A stretch of DNA of 64,000 nucleotides from Camelus ferus (GCF_009834535.1 NC_045696.1:55182001-55246000), one strand, 5' to 3'. Numbered from the stretch's first letter, positions 47,560 to 60,429 are shown. The notes: generated by a model from the sequence alone, not told the origin. Numbers and translations: made by a program.

Positions 47560-48610
47560 AAACATGAAAAATCAAGGAAACATGACAATACCAAAGGAAC
47601 AAAATAATTGTCTAGTGACCAACCCCAAAGAAATGGACATCTACAAATTGCCTGACAAAGAATTTAAAATAATTGTTTTAATGAAGCTCAGAAAGGTAAA
47701 AGAGAACACAGACAACTTAATGAAATCAGGAAAATAAGACATGAACAATATGAGAAGTTAAAGAAAGAGATAGAAATCACTGAAGACAAACAGAAATTCT
47801 GTAGCTGATTAATGTAATGAATGGAATGAAAATGCAATAGAGCATCAACACCAGACTTGATCAAGCAGAAGAAGAGTCTGTTAACTACTCAAAGACAAGT
47901 CATTTGAAATTATCCATAAGAAAAAAAAAGAATGAAAAAGAGTGAAGATAGCCTATAACACACATCATTAGAATCCCAGACGAGAAAAAACAGGCAAAAA
48001 GCTTACTTAAAGTGAAAAGGGGTATAGTTCAGTGGTAGAGCACATACTCAGCATGCATGAGATCCTGGGTTCAATCCCCAGTACCTCCATTAAAGACTAA
48101 ATAAATAAACAAACCTCATTACCCTCCCCCAAACAGATAGACAAAAATAAATTATATAAAGTGAAAATGGCTTAAAACTTCTCAAATCTGGGGAGAGATA
48201 TGGACATCCCGGTACATGAAGCTCAAAAGTCTCCAAATTCAACCCAAAAAAGACTTCACTGAGACACATTATAATCAAACTGTCACAAATCAAAGACAAA
48301 GAGTAAATTTTGAAAGCAGCAAGAGAAAAAGCAAATCATCACATACAAGGGACCTCCTATAAGGCATTAGGCAGATTTCTTAGAAGAAACCTTGCAAGAC
48401 AGGAGAGAGTGGGATGATATATTCAAAGTACTGAAAGAAAAATAACTGCCAACCAAGAATAATTTACCTTGTAAAGCTATTCTCACAAGTCAAGGGGAGA
48501 TAAAGACTTTCCCAGATAAACAAAAGCTAAGAGAATTCATCAACACTAGACCTGCTTTATAAGAAATGCTAAAGGGAGTACTTAAAGGTGAAATGAAAAA
48601 ATGCTAATTA
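47560..48610 (+). pseudogene. L1 ORF1p remnant (frameshifted, SINE-interrupted)
   Basis: L1 ORF1 motifs recognisable in DNA (gacacattataatcaaactgtc = RHIIIKL; gcagatttct..gaaaccttgcaagacaggagagagtgggatgatatattcaaagtactgaaagaaaa = ADF.ETLQ.RREWDDIFKVLKE); many stops. Confidence 0.85.
48019..48156 (+). mobile_element. tRNA-derived camelid-type SINE inserted in L1 ORF1
   Basis: ggggtatagttcagtggtagagcacatactcagcatgcatgagatcctgggttcaatccccagtacctcc; A box 48025-48035, B box 48068-48078; A-rich tail; TSD taaagtgaaaa 48008-48018 / 48157-48167. Confidence 0.93.
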
Positions 48611-49078
48611 ATAACATGAAAACTTATGAAAGTATAAAATTAATCGGTAAGGTCTAAAATACATAGTCAAATTCAGAATACTCTGATACCAGAAGGGTAA
48701 TGTGTAAATTACTTGTAACTCTAGTATGAGGTTAAAAGGCAAAAGTATTTTTAAAAAACGACCTACAATAATTTGTTAATGGAAATACAACAGAAGAAGA
48801 TGTAAATTATGACATTAAAACATAAAACGTGAAGAAGAAAAGTAAAAGGGTACAGGTTTTGTATGTGATTGAAATTGCTATCAGTTTAAAATAGACTGTT
48901 ATGAGATGTTGTATGTATCATGAGATGGCCTTGGTAACCACAAAGAAAAAAGCCTACAGCAGATACATAAAAGAAAAGAATCAAAGCATAACACTATAGA
49001 TAATTATCAAATCATAAAGGAAGACAGAAGGAAGAAAAGAACAAAGGGATTACAAAATAGCCAGAAAACATTAACAAA

Positions 49079-52000
49079 ATCACAATAGTAAGTTCTTATC
49101 TATCAACAATTACTTTCAATGTAAATAGATTAAATTCTCCAATCAAAAGACACAGAGTGGTTGAATGAATTAAAAAAAAATTTCAACAGTATGTGGCCTA
49201 CAAGAGACTCACTTCAGCTTCAAGGACACACATAGGCTGAAAGTGAAGGTATGGAAAAAAAGATATTCCATTCACATGGAAAACAAAAGAGTAGGGGTAG
49301 CTATACTTATATCAAGACAAAACAGACTTTAAGTCAAAACCTGTAACAAGAGACAAAGAAGGTCTCTATATAATGATAAAGTGGTCAATTCATCAAGAGG
49401 ATATAATAATTGTAGATATATATGCACCCAACATAGGAACACCTAATATATAAAGCAAATATTAACAGACCTAAAAGAAAAAAAAAGACAATAATACAAT
49501 ACAGTAGTAATACAATAATAGTAGGGGTCTTTAATACCCCACTTTCAACAATGGATAGATTATCCAGACAGAAAATCAACAACAGAAAAAACACACTGGA
49601 TTTGAACTACACTATAGGCCCAAATGGACCTAACTGACATATGCAGAACTTTTCATACAACAGCAGCAGAATATGCATTCTTCTCACCTGCATATGGAAC
49701 ATTCCCTATGAAAAGCCATATATTAGGTCATAAAACAAGTCCTAACAAATTTAAGAAGACTGAAATAATATCAAGCATCTTTTCTGACCACAATTATACG
49801 AAACTAGACATCAATAAAAGGAGGAAAACGGGAAAATTATCAAATATGTGGATATTAAACAACATGCTACTGAACACCCAATGAGTCAAAGAAGAAATAA
49901 AAGGTAAATTTAAAAATATCTTCAGACAACTGAAAACAAAACACAACATACCAAAACTTTTGGGACACACAAAAGCAATTCAACTTTATTTGAGAAGACT
50001 CAAATAAAATCAGAAATGAAAAAGGAAACATTACAACTGATACCACACAAATACAAAAGATCAGGAGAAACCACTATGAACAATTATATGCCAACAAACT
50101 GGATAACCTAGAACAAATGGATATGTTCCTAGAAACATACAACTTACCAAGAGTAAATCACAAAGAAATAAAAAATCCAAACAGACCAGTAATGAGTAAG
50201 GAGATGGAATCAGTAACTAAAAACCTCCCAACAAAGAAAAGCCTTGGGCCCAGTGCGTTCATTAGTAAATTCCACCAAACATTAAAGAATTAACACCTAT
50301 TCTTCTCTAACTCTTCCCAAAAACTGAAGAGGAGGAAATATTTCCAAACTCATGTCACAAGGCCAGCATTACTCTGACACTAAAGCAAGATAAGGACACA
50401 GCAAGAAAAGAAGACAAAACTACAAGGCAATATCCTGGATGAACACATGCAAAAACCCTCAATAAATTACTAGCAAACCACATTCAAGAGCACATTAAAG
50501 GTTCACACACCATGATCAAATGAGGTTTTATCCTTGGGATTCAAAGATGGTTCAACATTCACAAATCAATCAATGTGATATACCACATTAAGAGAATGGA
50601 GGTTAAAAATTACATGATCATCTCAATAGATGCAAAAAAAAAGCATTTGACAAAACACAATATCATATCATACTCAACAATGAAAGGTTGAAAGATTTTC
50701 CCCTAAGATCTGGAACAAAATAAGGATGCCTACTCTTGCCACCTTTATTCAACATAGTAATGGAAGCCCTAGCCAGAGAAATTAGGGAGGAAAAAGAAAT
50801 GAAACACAATCAAATTGGAAAGGAAAAAGTAAAATTGTCTGTTTGCAGATGACATGATCTTATATATAGAAAACCCTGAAGATGCTACCAAAAAAACTGT
50901 TAGAACTAATAAACAATTTCAGTAAAGTTGCAGGATACAAAAGCAACACAAAAAAATCAGTTACATTTCTATAGCCTAACAAAGAACTACCCAAAAAATA
51001 AATTAACAAACCTATTTATAATAGCATCAAAAAGAATACATTACTTAAGAAAAATTTAACCAAAGAAGTGAGAGTTGTGCACTGAAAACTATAAGACATT
51101 GATAAATGTGAAGAAGACACAAATAAATGGAAAAATATTCCATGTTTATGAATTAGAAGAATTAAAATTGTTAAAATGCCCATCCTACCCAAAGCAATCT
51201 ACACATTCATTGCAATCTGCATCAAAATTTCAATGGCATTTTTCACAGATTTTAAAAAGTCAGTCCTAAAATTCATATGGAACCACAAGAACACTGGATA
51301 GCTAAAGCAATCTTGAGCAAGAAGAGCAAATATGGAGGCATCACACTTCCTGATTTTAAATTGTATTACAAAGTTACAGTAATCAAAACAATACAGTACT
51401 ACTATAAAAACAGACACAGGCCAATAGAACAGAATAGAGAGCTCAGAAATAAATCTACACATACACAGTCAACTAATCTTCAACAAAGGCACCAAGAACA
51501 CTCACTGGGGAAAGGCCAGTCTCTTCAATAAACAGTGCTGGGAAGACTATATCCATTTGCAAAATAATGAAACTGGATCTTATCCTATACCACACACAAA
51601 AATCAGCTCCAAATGGATTAAAGACAACTGAAGGACCTGAAAACTCCTAGAAGAAACACATGACATTGCTCTTGAAAGTGACTTTTTTGAATTTGTCACC
51701 AAAAGCACAGGCAACAAAAGCAAAAGTAACCAAGTGGTACTATATCAAGTTAAAAAGTTTCTGCACAGGAAAGGCAATAATCAACAAAATGAAAAGGCAA
51801 TCTACAGAATAGAAGAAAATATTTGCAAGCCATCTATCACATAAAGGGTTAGCATCCAAAATATATCAGAAACTCATACAACTCAATAATAAAAATCAAA
51901 TAATTAGATTGAAAACTAGGTAAAGGACTTGAATAGATATTTTTTCAAAAAAGACAATAAATGGCCAATAGGTATATGAAAAATGCTCGACATCAATAAT

Positions 52001-52375
52001 CATCACGGAACTGCAAATCAAAACCTTAATGAGATATCACCTCACACCTGTTAGGATGGCTATTATCAAAAAGTAAAAAAGATTATAAATGTTGGCAAAG
52101 ATGTAGGGAAAAAAGGAACGCATTTGCACTGTTGGTGGGAATGTAAATTGGTATAGGCATATGGAAAACAATATGGAGACTCCTCAAAAAATTAAAGATA
52201 GAACTACCATATGTTAGAGCAGTTCCAATTCTGGGAATATATCTGAAGGGAAAAAAACACTATGTTGAAGGACTATCTGCACTCCCATGTTCATTGCAGG
52301 GATAGTCACTGTAGCCAAGATATGGAAGCAAGCTAACTGCCTATCAATAGATGAACAGATAAAGAAAATGCAATA
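49079..52375 (+). pseudogene. L1 ORF2p (endonuclease/reverse transcriptase) remnant
   Basis: Endonuclease fragment MDLTDICRTFH..EYAFFS..HILGHK (ORF 49624-49884); RT motif FADDMILY at ~50842; [22 protein letters not shown] (ORF 51277-51531); stops, frameshifts and deletions near 49980 and 50665. Confidence 0.92.
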
Positions 52376-53367
52376 TATTATATATTTTTATACACACACA
52401 CATATGTAGATACAAAGCATACATCACATTTTCTTTATACACACACATACATTTACACATACACACAAAATGTGTATGTATATACAATTTTTATTTGTCA
52501 ATCATACGTCAATAAAGCTGTGGGGGGCAGGGGAGTTGAGGACAGAAAGATCTGAGAAGTAGCAGCTGTTTTAATACTTGCTAAGTGGCCATGTTTCCTT
52601 TGAGTTCTGAACTCACTTGAGAAGTATTTCTACTGAACACAGTATTTAGAGCACTAAATATAACCTACCAGGGTAAGCATAAAAGGGTTAAACAGTAAGA
52701 ATATTGAGAAGCTAAAGCTGGGAGAAAGTTCATACAAGAAGCAATATGGTATCTATGACTCTGATCATTGATGAAACCCTTCTGCAGGTTAAACTCAACC
52801 TAGAAATCTTTTAGTCAAAAAGAGAATTCCCTAACTCAATACTATGGCTCTATGTGGCAAAATACAGAAAGTCTTCAGATAAAGAAGAAAATTGCAACAC
52901 CATACAGATAAAGAAGACATTTCTAGAGAAATAATTAACACTTCTACTTTCTATAGTCCCTTGTACAGTAATTTTGTACCACCTTTGGAGGCAAGAAGAA
53001 AACTGGTGCAGAGAATCTGATGCAAATAAAAACAGAGCTAACTAGGGCTATGGGAAGAGTTAGAAAAAAACTACTCAAATTTGAACTTGGGGTTCTAACA
53101 ATGAAAATATTGAAAATAGTGTCCTATGTAATTAGTATTGAGTCTCTTGAATGGACTACTCAAGTGGTCAGACTACTACCAAACAAAAACAGCAGAGGCT
53201 ATAGAAAAAGGGAATTAATAAATCAGAAACAAACCAAAAATATGTTAAGCCAAAGACAGAAATAATTCTTAGCACATGGGGTAAGAAGTCTCCCATTTCC
53301 TTGGTGTGGAAGATTTGGAAAATTCATATTGTCCCATGACATGTACATTAATTGTACTTTGTCTACT

Positions 53368-53640
53368 GTGTGTTAGCCAAGATAGGCTGTTATGGGGGGA
53401 TAACATATTATCCCCAAATCTCTCAACAAGGGTTGCTATCTTGTTCACACTATCCATCACAGAGTGGTTACAGTACCGCGTAGTCATGTCAGTCAGGGAA
53501 AATGGGCAAGCCTCCTGCCACCTCATAAAGCTTCTGCCCAGAAGTGACGCGCACCTCTCACTGTGATGGCCTAGGAAAGTCAAATGGCCCTGCCTCAGTT
53601 GAACTGGGTAAGACCATATAACCCTCCCCAGGCAGGGTCC
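53368..53640 (-). mobile_element. MLT1K/L-like MaLR LTR
   Basis: tgtgttagccaagataggct..ccccaaatctc..aaagcttctgcccagaagtgac..ggaaagtcaaatggcc. Confidence 0.7.
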
Positions 53641-55099
53641 CTGATGATGAGTCATACGATATTCCACAGCATGCTCAAGATTACTGTATATAGTAAATTG
53701 TGTAATTCTGACTCTATAAAGCCAAAGTATTTCTGCAGTAAAATTCTCTTTACAAAATTTCAAATCAAGAGCTCCGGGAGTTATTATAAACAACTATCTG
53801 GATCGTGTGGATCCTATTGGTAGTTATGGTCAGTATTATGATGTTTATAGTTAGCGGTTTCCCTTATATAAGGATGTCTTAAATTTTAACTCTGGATATA
53901 GTCATGATTTTTAACATACTAAGGAGCCAGATCTTCAAACACTACTTTGCAACAAAATCTTTAATAGGGACAAAGGTCTCCTGAACCCCAGTACTTAATT
54001 TTAGAAGAGAAAGCAAAGATTTGATGCCAGAAACATCAGTCAGGAATTTGCTAATTATTTTTCCATGATGTGGGCTTTAAGTTGCTTCGTAAAGACCATG
54101 AAATTTATGTCACTTAAGTAGTTATTAACCTAACTGAAAATACTTACATACACACATCTAATCCTCCTGCTACAAAGGATACGGTGTGTTGTGGATCGTT
54201 TATCTACCACTGAGAGAAGGCAACAGCCCTCATACAAGGATCTCTAGTAATGACTTCAAGTTACAGTTCTCAAAAACAACATTTATCATGTCATTCCAGC
54301 ATGATACTGCCTGGAGGCAAGAGAAAGAATGAAAAGTTTTCTTAATGTCCTTTTCATTCTTGTGATTCTTTTTCATAAATTCTTACCTCTTCTACTATTC
54401 AGTGAAGACCCTTCTCCTCAGCCACTTATTTACTTTTTATAAGTGATTATTATGATAATAAGGACACCTAGGAGTTCCAGAATGGAGGCTTCCCTCTCAT
54501 TCCCAGAATCTAAGCAATCAGTCTTGAATACTACAGTAACAGATCATATTTTCCTCCCATAGATGTTGACTAAAGAAAGGGTATATAAGAGTGACAGAGA
54601 GTGACCAAGTGATTAAGGAAGAGATAAGCTGATGTGTGTGACCTGAGGACCCTCCCAATGTCCGTGTCAAACCCAGGTTGTGAAGTGGAAGAAAGAGGAG
54701 TTGCGATGTTTCTTTACCACCTCTTCCTCTTTCTTGACCACTCCTTCACTTATCGCTTAGTCAATCTCAACTCCACTTACTCTTGGCTTCCAGAACCACC
54801 ACTGCCCTTGGCCTTTGGCCCTGACCTTGGCCCTAATCAGTTTAATCATCTGTTCACATGTTTCAGGACTTGTCTTCAGTATTCCCAAAAGTCCCCATCA
54901 GAGAGGTCACCATTTTGAATGGGAATAAACAAATAAACCTATGAATGGAGTTGAAAAAAACGACTTGCTGAATGTCTGCTGAAGTTTGAGAGAGGCCAAA
55001 GTTCTATTTTAGATAGTTTGGAAGATGTATAGAAGTTACATAATCACCCAATGTTGAACAGCCCCTCCATGTCCCTGTTTAAATTGCTTTCTGATAGGT

Positions 55100-55410
55100 A
55101 CTGAGAGCTGAAGTTTGACTTGCTTAAATCCCTCTCACATGTAAAAGCTTAACTAAGATGACAGTCCCATCTTGAAACCTCCCTTTTCCCCTGTAGGCAA
55201 TATTAATTGTTCCTCCTTGCATGATCTTTAATACTTAATTCATAAACTTATTGTGGCATTTTCACATGTTACATTATTTAGCTCTGTGCCTCTATATATC
55301 ATCCTTGCAAGAAAGCAATCTCCTAAAGGCAAAATTAAATCTTATTTATCTTTACATCTGTGATGCCAAACAGAACATTAGACACGTGGTAGGTGCTCAC
55401 TGAATTGAAA
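55100..55410 (+). mobile_element. L2 3' end
   Basis: gcaatctcctaaaggcaaaa..tcttatttatcttt..gtggtaggtgctca. Confidence 0.6.
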
Positions 55411-55469
55411 TTTAATTGAGAATCAGTGTTGTAAGTAGCAGAAGCTGCCTACCAAAAGGTAATAGGGAA

Positions 55470-56190
55470 CACAGTGGGAAGGGCATGAGCTTTGGCTTTA
55501 GAGAAATCTAAGGTCAAATCCCAACTCTGCCACCTACTGGCTATTATGCAAACTTAGACAATGTTATTTAACCTCTCAAAAACGATTTTTGCCCCTGAAA
55601 AATGGAGATAATCATTCTCACCTTGCTAGATTATAGTGTAAATTAACTAAAAGGCATGCACAGTACTTGGTACATGATGAGTTGCAATGACCATGGTCGT
55701 TGCAATGACCAGATGCCCTTGGATGCCTCTTACTTGTTCTGTGTGCCCATCCTCCAGCTTCCATTTGCCTCAGTCTTAATGGCTGACACCTCCAGTTTCT
55801 CTCAGAGGACTATCTTTGGGTTACCGGAGAGGTTTTGACCTAAAAACACAGAATCTGGAGATTAAAATCCTCATGTTGGTGGTTGTGGCCAAAGGCTGAT
55901 GTAGGAGTTGAGAGCCCAGCTCCCTGGCCTGTGGGTGAGATAAACACTGCAGTTTACCTTGGGCTCTCAAGTTCCCAGTGGGACCAGATTAAGGCAGGTG
56001 CATCACCTGTAATCACAACCTGGTCTGGTTTCTGCCCCTTTTCCTATCTTACTTCCCTAATCTCCTTTTGTCCTCTCCTGGAATCACTGACTTAATAAAT
56101 TACTTGACATGAATCCTTGTCTCAGGGTCTGCTTCTGGGACCCTGACATAACACACAAGTGCTCCCAAAATAGAAATTATTGTTATAACC
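55470..56190 (+). mobile_element. MIR SINE split by LTR16
   Basis: gagctttggc..ggtcaaatcccaactctgccacctactggct..ttatttaacctctc..cagtacttggtacat [LTR] caagtgctcccaaaatagaaattattgtta. Confidence 0.75.
55678..56154 (+). mobile_element. LTR16-family ERVL LTR
   Basis: gcccagctccctggcc..gttcccagtggga..tctcctggaatcact..ttaataaattacttgacatgaatccttgtctcagggtctgcttctggg..aacaca (LTR16 3' signature). Confidence 0.85.
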
Positions 56191-56764
56191 CAAAATGGCT
56201 TAAAAGCAAATATAAAAAATCATCCCTCTGTTGTCACCTTTCACCTACTTTTCCTCTCTTACCCTCACTGCATTTCACTTCTTCAACATGTTCATCCCAG
56301 GGAAAAGGAGAACCAGCAGAACTTGCCCTTTTTCTGTTGATAAAACATATGTGCATTTGTGTTCTTAACTGGGTGGCTGCCTCTTTATGGCTGGTTTGCT
56401 GAACATTCAGCATCTTGAGGGTGATTAACAAATGTGAAAAATAAAACAAAATTACATAAAGCCATGTCTCATAGAGATGAGAAAGATGCCTTCCACGAAA
56501 ATCTTGTCCAGGAGATCCAAGATAACAGATGAGTGTATTCTGGGACTCGTAGATTCGGTCACAAATTAAGGACATTTTCCCCAGGGGAATGGGTGATTCT
56601 GAGGGGTAAATTCATTTTACAATGTACTGTTTTGCGGAGCCCACTTTTTAGTCACATGTCACAGAATTTCCAAGAACTACTACTGACTTCTTTGAAGATG
56701 TTTTTCTTTCGCCAAAGCAGGCCTGGACAAGGCTATCTACTAATTATGAAGTGATATCTCTCAA

Positions 56765-56990
56765 GTTCAAATGCAGGCTGTGCTACTTACCAGCTGAGTG
56801 ACTTTGGGTAAATTAATCTTCCTAAGCCTCAGTTTCCTTATCAGCAAATATGGCAAAATAACAGTCTTTATCTCATAAGGTTGTTGTGAGGATCCAGTGA
56901 ACTGATGTATGTAAAGCATGTAGTTCAGTACCTGGTCCCAAAATAAGTGCACTCTAAAAGTTAGATTTTCTTGTTGTTGTTGCTATTATT
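56765..56990 (+). mobile_element. MIR SINE
   Basis: agttcaaat..ctacttaccagctgagtgactttgggtaaattaatcttcctaagcctcagtttcctta..ggttgttgtgaggat..taagtgc. Confidence 0.9.
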
Positions 56991-57849
56991 GTTTTTCTTG
57001 TTGTTTTAACACTTTCCCCTACTCCTCAAAAATGAATAAAGAGAACAAATTTAATTTGATAAACCTGGGCTATCTCTCCTGGATAAAGAAGGCTTAGAGG
57101 ATGGGATAGTAATTAACAAGGCTGAGGGGCCATCAAGCAGGAGACAAGATAGGCCCACTCTGTTTGGACTGGCACGCAGAACTGCTAACCACCTGCAGAA
57201 GACACAGGAAGCTATTTCGTCTCAATATGAATAGAGTTTCCAGACATTCATCATTTCCCCACACCAGAGTGGAGTCCAGGGAGATGGTGTGCTCCCCCTC
57301 CCACTGGGGACATTAACGCAGGTACTAAATGACCACTTTCTGGGAACACAAGCAAACCTCGTTTTATTGCACGTTGCTTTATTATGCTTAGTAGATGTTC
57401 CATCTTCTACAAATTGAAGCTTGTGGCAACCCTGCGTTGACCAAATCTATCAGCACCATTTTTCCAACAGCATGTGCTGACTTCGTGTCTCTGTCACATT
57501 TTGGAAATTCTCATGAATGTTTCCAAGTTTTGCATTATTATTATATTTGTCATTGTAATCTGTGACAAATGATCTTTGATGTTAACATTGTAACTGTTTG
57601 GGGGCATCATGAACCGCATCCATATAAGAAAGTAAACTGAATTGATCAATTTTTTTGTGTGTCCTGACTGTTCTGCCAACCGAATCTATGACAAGAGGCT
57701 GTCCCCCTCTCTTTTTCCCTCTTCTCAGGCCTCCCTATTCCCTGAGACACATCAATATTGAAATTAGGCCAATTAATAATGCTACAGTGGTCTCTAAGTG
57801 TTCAAGTGAAAGGAAAAGTTCCACATCTCTCCCTTTAAATCAAAAGCTA

Positions 57850-58511
57850 ATATGGTCCAGCAATCCCATTCCTGGGCATATATCCAGAGGGAACTCTTAA
57901 TTTGTAAAGATACATGCACCCCAATGTTTATAGCAGCACTACATCAATAGCTAAGACATGGAAGGAATCTAAATGTCCATCAACAGATGACTGGATAAAG
58001 ATGCTGTGGTATATTTATACAACGGAATACTACTCAGCCATAAAAAAGAATAATGCCACCATTTGCAGCAACATGGATGGACCTAGAGATCATCATTCTA
58101 AGTGAAGTAAGCCAGAAAGAGAAAGAAAAATACCATATGCTATCACTCATGTGTGGAATCTAAAAGAAAAAAAGAATTTAAAAAAAAGGACACTATGAAC
58201 TCATCTCCAAAACAGAAACAGACTCACAGACATAGTAAACAATTTTATGGTTACCGGGGGAAAAGGGGTGGGAAGGGATAAATTTGGCAGTTTGAGATTT
58301 GCAAATGTTAGCCACTAAATATAAAAATAGATTAAAAAACAAATTTCTTCTGTATAGAACAGGAAACTATATTCAATATCTTATAATAACTTCTAATAAA
58401 AAGAATATGAAAATGAATATATGTATGTATATGCAAGACTGGGACATTCTGCTGTACACCAGAAACTGACACATTATAACTGACTATACTTCAATTTAAA
58501 AAATGTAACTA
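57850..58511 (+). mobile_element. 5'-truncated L1 3' end (camelid-type) inserted in Tigger1
   Basis: cagcaatcccattcctgggcatatatcc..gatacatgcacccc..aaatgtccatcaacagatgactggataaag..tactactcagccataaaaaagaa..tgactatacttcaattt; TSD aaatcaaaagcta 57837-57849 / 58513-58525 at a TTT/AAAT endonuclease-like site. Confidence 0.95.
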
Positions 58512-58525
58512 TAAATCAAAAGCTA

Positions 58526-60050
58526 GAAGTGATTAGGCTTAGTGAGGAAGGGATGTTGAAAGCTGAGAGAGGGCAAAAGTTAGGCCTCTTACACTAAACA
58601 GACAAGTTGTGACTGCAAAGGAAAAGTTCTGGAAGGAAATGAAAAGTGCTACTCAATGGTAAGTGAGTGGACAAATAGCAAGAATACACAAATGGTAAGA
58701 AAGCAAAACAGCCTTATTGCTGATATGGAGAATGTTTCAGTGATCTGGATAGAAGATCAAACCAGCCACAACAGTCCCTTCAGCCAAAGCCCAGTCCAGA
58801 GCAAGGTGCTAACTCTTCCCTGCAGAAGAAATGTCTGAAGTGAGCAGAGGTTGGTTCATGAGGTTTCAGGAAAGAAGCCATCTCTATAACATAAAAGTAC
58901 CAGGTGAAGCAGCAAGTGCTGATGTAGAAGCTGCAGCAAGCTATCTAGATCTAGCTAACATAATTCATGAAGGTGGCTACACTAAACAGATTTTTAATGT
59001 GGACAAAACAGCCTTATATTGGAAGAAGATGCCATCTAGGACTTTCATAGTTAAAGAGAAGTCAATTCCTGGCTTCCAAGCTTCAAAGGCCAGGCTGTTA
59101 TTAGGGGCTAATTCTGCTGGCGACTTAAAGTTGAAGCCAATGCTCATTTACCATTCAGAAAATCTCTGTGCTTTTAAGAATTATGCTAAATCTACTCGGC
59201 TTATGCTTTATAAATGCAACAGTAAGGCCTGGATGACAGCACATCTATTGATAACATGATTTTCTGAATATTTTAAGCCCACTGTTGAGTCCTACTTCTC
59301 AAGAAAAAAGATGCCGTTCAAAACGTTACTGTTCACTGACAATGTACCTGGTCACCCAAGAGCTCTGAGGAGATGAACAAGATACATGTTGTTTTCGTGC
59401 CTGCTAACACAGCATCCATTCTGCAGCCCAGTGACCAAGAAGTTATTTCAACCCTCAAGTTTTATTATTTAAGAAATACATTTCATAAGGCTATAGCTGC
59501 CATAGATTGTGATTCCTCTGATGGATCAGGGCAAAGTAAACTGAAAGCCTTCTGGAAAGGATATGCCTTTCCAGATGCTGTTAAGAACATTTATGATTCA
59601 TGGGAAAAGGTCAAAATAGCAACATTAACAGGAGTTTGAAAGAAGTTTATTCCAACCCTCATGATGACTTTGAGGGGTTCAAGACTTCAGTGGAGGAAGG
59701 AACTGCAGATGAGTGGTGGAAACAGCAAGAGAACTAGAATCAGAAGTAGAGCTTAAAGATGTGACTGAAATGCTGCCATCTCAGGGTAAAACAAACAGAT
59801 GAGTTGCTTTTTATGGATAAGCAAAGAAAGTGGTTTCTTGAGATGGAAGCAACTTCTGGTGAAGATGTTATGAAGATTGTTGAAATGACAATAAAGGATT
59901 TGGAATATTATATACTTAGCTGATAAAGCAGTGGCAGGATTGAGAGGATTAACTCCAATTTTGAAAGAAGTTCTACTGTGGGTAAAATGCTATCAAAGAG
60001 CATTTGCATGCTGCAGAGAAATCATTCGTGAAAGGAAGAGTCAATAAATA
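58526..60050 (+). pseudogene. Tigger1 transposase remnant (CENP-B HTH / DDE_1 type)
   Basis: [69 protein letters not shown] and VVFVPANTASILQP.DQ.VIS; frameshifted. Confidence 0.9.
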
Positions 60051-60429
60051 AATGCAGCAAACTTCACTGTTGTCATATTTTAAGAAATTGCCAGTCACCT
60101 CAACCTCCAGCAATCACCACCCTGATCAGTCAGCAGCCATTGACATCAAGGCAAGACCCTCCACCAGCAGAAAGAGTACAACTTACTGAAGACTCAGACA
60201 ATGGTTAGCATATTTTAACAATTAAGTGTTTTTTAATTAAGGTACGTACACTTTTTTAGACATAACGCTACTGCACACTAGATAGACTACATACAGTGTG
60301 AACATAACTTTTTTATGCAAACCAAAAAATTAGTGTGACTCGCTTTATTGCAATATTTGCTTTATTAAAGTGGTTTGAAATCAAACTGGCAATTTCTCCC
60401 AGATATGCATGTACTACATATATCAGATG

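Larger units (their letters stand above)
46595..52533 (+). mobile_element. Near full-length decayed L1 (L1MA9-like 3' end): 5' UTR, ORF1 and ORF2 remnants with internal deletions
   Basis: 5'UTR-like sequence from ~46595; ORF1 remnants ~47560-48610; ORF2 from ~49079; terminal tttatttgtcaatcatacgtcaataaagctg; possible decayed TSD agttaaagatagaa 46581-46594 / agttgaggacagaa 52534-52547. Confidence 0.92.
57349..60411 (+). mobile_element. Tigger1 (TcMar-Tigger/pogo) DNA transposon, essentially full length, split by an L1
   Basis: Left end caagcaaacctcgttttattgc..aaattgaagcttgtggcaaccctgc; right end gcaatttctcccagatatgcatg|ta; transposase fragments in ORFs 58831-59259 and 59373-59639. Confidence 0.95.

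Noticed and set aside
48019..48090. tRNA gene
   Set aside because: Followed by a SINE-type tail and flanked by a TSD inside an L1; it is a tRNA-derived SINE.
49624..51531. ORFs with endonuclease/RT similarity as an active retroelement
   Set aside because: L1 ORF2 has many stops, frameshifts and deletions.
53269..53793. 174-aa minus-strand ORF (longest in the track)
   Set aside because: Overlaps an old MLT1 LTR and has no recognisable domain; consistent with chance.
58831..59639. 142-aa and 88-aa ORFs as a TIGD-like domesticated gene
   Set aside because: They are frameshifted pieces of a Tigger1 that still has both termini and is interrupted by an L1.
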